Of a stretch of DNA of 13,190 bases, positions 8,641 through 13,190 are shown one piece after another. The notes beneath the pieces are model-generated. The model was not told where the DNA came from. It ran no database searches and saw only the letters and a program-made list of their open reading frames with translations. Origin of the DNA: Promethearchaeota archaeon (lineage in GTDB: Archaea > Asgardarchaeota > Lokiarchaeia > Sigyniarchaeales > SOKP01); the NCBI GenBank assembly GCA_016926735.1, contig JAFGOA010000235.1, positions 1 to 13,190 on the forward strand. Reading direction: 5' to 3'. Position numbers and translations under genes: made by a program. Within the stretch, counting starts at the first letter, position 1. Every line of letters starts with the position of its first letter.

Positions 8641-11523
8641 ATGGAAAAAAATTATTACAATTTAGAACTCGGAGTAATATATGACGATTTAAAAACAAAT
8701 CCAAATACAGGTTTGACTGAGGAACAAGCCAAAGATAGATTAAAAAATTTGGGTTATAATGAACTTCCTAAAGTCTCTAGAGGATTTATAAAAATATATT
8801 TATCACCTCTATTTAATTGGCTAATTGTCATCTATTTAGGGGGGGCATTATTATTGTTTTTATCTAATTTTCTTAATCCATCTGGAGGAAGTAGCTTTAT
8901 AATCATTGGCGTAACTCTGGGGGTAGTCATATTAAATTGCTTAGTTGCTATAATACAACAGTTTCGAGCAACTAAAAAGTTAAAAGCATTAAGAGAATTA
9001 TCAGCACCTACTACAAAAGTAATTAGAAATGGTCAAAAAAAGGAAATTCTTACAAGAGAATTAGTTGTTGGAGATTTATTGACATTATCTCAAGGAGATC
9101 GTATACCTGCTGATTCAAGGATTATTAAAAGTAATAATTTTGAGGTAAATGAAGCATCTTTAACAGGAGAAAGTGAAGTAGTAAGAAAAGTATCAGATGG
9201 TCGTTTTCTTGAAGGAATATTACCTATTCAGGATAGAAAAAATATGCTTTTTTATGGAACATTTATAACAATGGGAAATGGATTAGCAATAGCAGTTAAG
9301 ACAGGAGCAGATACAGAGATTGGTCAAATATCTAAAGGATTGGAAGAAGCAGGAACAAGTGAAATACCAATTAGAAAAAAAATGAATAATTTTGGAAAGT
9401 GGATAGGTATAGGTGTTTTATTATTATGGTTTATTATTTTTATATTCAAACTTATTACAGATTTAGCTAGTGGAATTGAAACCGATATCCAAGCAGAATT
9501 TTTTAAAAGTCTTAATTCTGCATTGGATTTATTACCAATGACTATCCCACTTCTAACAACCTTAATATTAGTTACTGGAGTTCTAGCGATGGCTCATCAA
9601 GGAGTTATAATTAGAAACCTAGCTTCAGTAGATAGTTTAGGACGGGTTAGTGTTGTCTGTTCTGATAAGACAGGAACTTTAACAAAAAATCAAATGTGTG
9701 TTCAGAATATTTGGAGTAATGGTTCTATCTTTAAAGTTACAGGTTCTGGTTATACTCCAGAAGGTAATATTATAAAAATGGATGATCCAAGAAATCCTCA
9801 ATATGTAAAACACATAGATGATTATATATATCTAAAATTAATCTTAATTTCAGGTTTTTTAAATAATAATTCTGCTTTAGTAAAATCTGAGATTGAGACT
9901 TCTGGAAGAGATATCAAAGTTCTAGATAATTGGAAAGTAATTGGTTCTCCCACTGAAGGTGCATTAGTAGTACTTTTTCAAAAATCTATGGGTGATTATT
10001 TATTAGAAGATTATAAGCTCATAGAAGAATTCCCATTTGATTCTTCTCTTAAGAGAATGACTAAGATTTATAGAAAAGATGACCAATTTTTTTCATTTAC
10101 TAAAGGAGCAAGTGAAATTTTAATTCCTAAATGTACAAAAATTTATTATAAAGATACAGAAATCGAATTTATTGATAAACTGAAAGAAGAAGTTCAAAAT
10201 AATATATTAAAATACGCCTCTCAAGGATATCGAATTTTAAGTCTATGTTATAAGAAATTTTTTATGATGCCTCATCATGAACAAGGAGAAAGAGACCAAT
10301 TTGAATCAGAACTAACATATTTAGGATTTGTAACTATTCTAGATCCCCCAAGAGAAGGTGTCAATGATTCAGTATTACAATGCCGTAATGCTGGTGTTGA
10401 TGTAATTATGATTACGGGTGATTCTACAATAACGGCAAAAGCGATAGGAAGTCAAATTTCAATTATGAATACAATTGAGGATAAAGTGGCTGAAGGAAAA
10501 GATGTTAATAATATTGAATCATTTGACGAATTTAGAAAAATCAAAGTCTTTGCTAGAGTATCTCCAAAGCATAAAGAAGATATAATAAAACGCTATCAAG
10601 AAAAGAAAAAAGTAGTAGCGATGACGGGAGATGGAGTTAATGATACTTTAGCATTGAATATGGCAGATTGTGGAATAGCGATGGGTATCCAAGGAACTGA
10701 TGTTGCGAAGGAAGCATCAGATATGATTATTTCAGATGATTCATTTACATCTATAGTTAAAGGAATTCATCAGGGCAGAGGAATTTTTGCTAAAATCCGT
10801 GCCATAGTATTTTTCTTTATATGTATAAATGTTTTTGAGGGACTAGTTCAATTTATCTTAGCAGTCATATTAGACCTTCCTTATTGGGTCGATCCGAAAT
10901 CACCCTTCTATTGGCAATGGATTTTCTTAACTATCACATTGCATATACTACCTGGGTTTGTTTTAACTTTTGATACTATTTCTGATGATGTTATGAAAGA
11001 GAAACCAAGAGATTCTGAAGAGATCCTAAGTAAAAAAACATTATTTTTAATGATTTCATTTGGAATACTATTATCTATCTGTATGATATTAACATATTTC
11101 TTATCTTATACTGAGATATACCCTGTAACATATGAAAATTATGCTTTTGGAGAAGCTTCAGGATATTTTGATCCCGCATTTTATAAGGAAACGAAAGCAC
11201 TAACTATGCTAATGCTTACTTTATTTTTCTGTGAAAATCTTCTCGTTTGGCAAATAAGAAGACCAAATAAATCATTATTTAAAAGTATAAAAAAAGATGG
11301 AACAAAATTTATGATCTTTACCCCATTATTTTTATTTTTTATATTTGCTGCATTGATGTACATTCCAAATATTCAATTAGAATTAAATGATTGGGGATTT
11401 CCTTTTAGATTTATGTTATTAACAGGAATGGATTGGCTTGTGTGTATCTTGATATCACTTATATGTATTTTAGGTTTTGAACTAATAAAATATATAGCTA
11501 GAAGAAAAAATATTATATTTTAA
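8641..11523 (+). CDS. P-type ATPase, P2-like architecture, non-canonical transport site (paralog 2)
   Basis: LGYNEL, PAD, TGES, CSDKTGT (phospho-Asp342), GSPTE, PFDSSLKRMT, KGASE, DPPR, MITGD, FARV, MTGDGVND. M4 reads PMTIP. Confidence 0.95.
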   Translation: MEKNYYNLELGVIYDDLKTNPNTGLTEEQAKDRLKNLGYNELPKVSRGFIKIYLSPLFNWLIVIYLGGALLLFLSNFLNPSGGSSFIIIGVTLGVVILNCLVAIIQQFRATKKLKALRELSAPTTKVIRNGQKKEILTRELVVGDLLTLSQGDRIPADSRIIKSNNFEVNEASLTGESEVVRKVSDGRFLEGILPIQDRKNMLFYGTFITMGNGLAIAVKTGADTEIGQISKGLEEAGTSEIPIRKKMNNFGKWIGIGVLLLWFIIFIFKLITDLASGIETDIQAEFFKSLNSALDLLPMTIPLLTTLILVTGVLAMAHQGVIIRNLASVDSLGRVSVVCSDKTGTLTKNQMCVQNIWSNGSIFKVTGSGYTPEGNIIKMDDPRNPQYVKHIDDYIYLKLILISGFLNNNSALVKSEIETSGRDIKVLDNWKVIGSPTEGALVVLFQKSMGDYLLEDYKLIEEFPFDSSLKRMTKIYRKDDQFFSFTKGASEILIPKCTKIYYKDTEIEFIDKLKEEVQNNILKYASQGYRILSLCYKKFFMMPHHEQGERDQFESELTYLGFVTILDPPREGVNDSVLQCRNAGVDVIMITGDSTITAKAIGSQISIMNTIEDKVAEGKDVNNIESFDEFRKIKVFARVSPKHKEDIIKRYQEKKKVVAMTGDGVNDTLALNMADCGIAMGIQGTDVAKEASDMIISDDSFTSIVKGIHQGRGIFAKIRAIVFFFICINVFEGLVQFILAVILDLPYWVDPKSPFYWQWIFLTITLHILPGFVLTFDTISDDVMKEKPRDSEEILSKKTLFLMISFGILLSICMILTYFLSYTEIYPVTYENYAFGEASGYFDPAFYKETKALTMLMLTLFFCENLLVWQIRRPNKSLFKSIKKDGTKFMIFTPLFLFFIFAALMYIPNIQLELNDWGFPFRFMLLTGMDWLVCILISLICILGFELIKYIARRKNIIF

Positions 11524-11572
11524 ATTATTTTTAAAACTTTTTTTATTTTTTATGCTAATTTTTTTTCAAAAA
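11524..11572. terminator. Oligo-T/oligo-A tracts between the convergent ATPase 2 and HDAC genes (putative archaeal terminators)
   Basis: Several long T runs on the plus strand directly after the ATPase 2 stop, and an A run (T run on the minus strand) just after the HDAC stop. Confidence 0.4.
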
Positions 11573-11581
11573 ACAATGTTA

Positions 11582-12352
11582 TTATTTAAATCCTTGACAA
11601 AAAGAATTAAAATTTACCCCTAGGACTTCAGGATTATATCCTCCTTCCAATACTGCAAATCTTCTTCCATTTGATATTTTATTAGAGAATTTTTTAAGCA
11701 ATTTTCCAATTTTATTATAATCTTTTGGGAATAAAAGACCACCCCAATCTTCTATTCCTAGATCAAAACCAGCACTTACAGCAATTATATCAATATTATC
11801 TAATTTATTTAGATATTCTTTGATTTCAAATAAATACATATCTTTATCATTGGAATTTGGATTTAAAATTTTTGTTCTAAATTTTTTTTCTTTTTTCAAT
11901 ATAGTTACTGTTCCATCACCAAAATGAAAGTCAAAATCTAAAATGAAAGCTGATTTTATTTTTTTTTCAAAAAAAAGCTTTAATAGCGCTATAGCAATAT
12001 TATTAAAATAACAAAAACCCCAACAAGAATCTGAAGATGCATGATGACCTGGAGGTCTAATAACAGCAAAACTAGGATTGTTATTAAAAGCTTCCTCAGC
12101 AGCTTTAATTACGCCTCCAACAGAGAAAGATGCCAGTTTATATAACAAAGGATTTTTCTTATAATAATTCAGATGTTTTTTTGTATGTGCTCTAAGAATA
12201 TCCTCTTCTTTTGCAGATTCGGGTTTAATAATTTCATAATCGTTTAGATTATCTTTAATCATTTTTAAAATACTATCTAATCTTCCTTTTTCAGCAGCAG
12301 GATCGAGAGCATAATCTGAATTAAGAAAAATATCATCAAATATAATCTTCAT
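11582..12352 (-). CDS. Histone deacetylase/AcuC-family Zn-dependent deacetylase (compact form)
   Basis: Motifs RAH, RPPGHHA, GFCYFNN, DFDFHFGDGT (Zn ligands DxH), SAGFD and LEGGY. Confidence 0.93.
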   Translation of the reverse strand: MKIIFDDIFLNSDYALDPAAEKGRLDSILKMIKDNLNDYEIIKPESAKEEDILRAHTKKHLNYYKKNPLLYKLASFSVGGVIKAAEEAFNNNPSFAVIRPPGHHASSDSCWGFCYFNNIAIALLKLFFEKKIKSAFILDFDFHFGDGTVTILKKEKKFRTKILNPNSNDKDMYLFEIKEYLNKLDNIDIIAVSAGFDLGIEDWGGLLFPKDYNKIGKLLKKFSNKISNGRRFAVLEGGYNPEVLGVNFNSFCQGFK

Positions 12353-12413
12353 ATATTCAATAAGATTGAATAATTACTAATAAAAAATTCTGAAATCTAA
12401 ATAATTGTTATTC

Positions 12414-13004
12414 TTAAAAATTAATTGGCTTGCATAAAATTATTTTGAGTTTAAGATTCATAAATTCACTTGTAGGAGCTGATTTTATTAAACATGCAGT
12501 ATCAGCCCCACTTCCTGTACCAGCTATGCATATAATATCATTATCTAACGAGGATATTAACCCATTATCAACAACCATTGATGCAATTTCAATACAAACT
12601 TTAATTCCTTGACCAAATTGTTCTCTAATCACTTTAGCTAGTAAATCGACAAAGATCCAAGGTTGTTTATTAATTCTTAAACCACGTTCAATACCACTCA
12701 TAGAATGAGTACATGAAAGAAATTTCACACCTTTTTCTTTCATATCATTCATAAGGTTCTCATCAAATTCTTGTCTGAGTGAATTCCCAATAAAATAATA
12801 AGAATGCGTAACAATTATTAAATTAAAATCTTTTATATTAAATTTATTAAAAGCTAATTTTGCTGTTGTTCCTTTAGTACTAGCTACTACTATATCTTTA
12901 ATTTTATTTTCTTTTGCATATTTTAATGCTATATCCAGAGTTTTTTCTGTATTAATAGAACCGATTTTTTGAAAATATACCGTCTCTAATCTTATATCTT
13001 CCAT
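12414..13004 (-). CDS. Pyruvate kinase C-terminal alpha/beta-domain protein (COG1751/MTH1675-like, function unknown)
   Basis: YF..G..NT..TL..A, IVVASTKGTTA, IVTH, THSMSGIER, FGQGIKVCIEIASM..D.GLI, AGTGSGADTA and terminal ILCKP. Confidence 0.85.
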   Translation of the reverse strand: MEDIRLETVYFQKIGSINTEKTLDIALKYAKENKIKDIVVASTKGTTAKLAFNKFNIKDFNLIIVTHSYYFIGNSLRQEFDENLMNDMKEKGVKFLSCTHSMSGIERGLRINKQPWIFVDLLAKVIREQFGQGIKVCIEIASMVVDNGLISSLDNDIICIAGTGSGADTACLIKSAPTSEFMNLKLKIILCKPINF

Positions 13005-13190
13005 AGTATATAATAAATCTTCATTCTTTTAATATTATAATTATTGAATAAAAATAACCCTTTTAATATATTTAATCATAACTAATATGCTAAAAATATC
13101 TATTTTTGATATAGTATGTTGTTAAAACAAAATTCATATTACTGTTTTCTAAATTATTTAAATATATTTTTTCATAATAAAAGATAATAT

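Noticed and set aside
11181-11363. 60-aa minus-strand ORF
   Set aside because: Antisense shadow of ATPase paralog 2.
5680-11523. Annotation as ordinary Ca2+-ATPases (SERCA/PMR1-like) or as pseudogenes
   Set aside because: The key Ca2+ ligands (E309, N796 and D800 equivalents) are absent, while both reading frames and all catalytic motifs are intact.
12430-12612. 60-aa plus-strand ORF
   Set aside because: Antisense shadow of the COG1751 gene.

Overview
Very AT-rich archaeal window. The composition and TFB paralog expansion suggest an Asgard/Lokiarchaeia-like host, which is inference only. From left to right it holds: the 5' part of a tnpB gene missed by the ORF track (minus strand, 245 to <1) with its IS200/IS605-type left-end hairpin and no tnpA; a small membrane protein; an aldehyde:ferredoxin oxidoreductase (AOR) family gene divergent from a TFB paralog; a second membrane protein; a highly divergent second TFB-like gene; two tandem P-type ATPases; and, on the minus strand, a compact HDAC/AcuC-family deacetylase and a COG1751 (PK_C-domain) protein. 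The strongest candidate for an undescribed system is the ATPase pair. Both keep an intact P2-type catalytic headpiece but share a rewired membrane transport site (M4 PEGL replaced by PVNL/PMTI, M6 Asp replaced by His, M5 NxxE and M8 Glu kept), which matches none of the classical P-type subfamily signatures I know.
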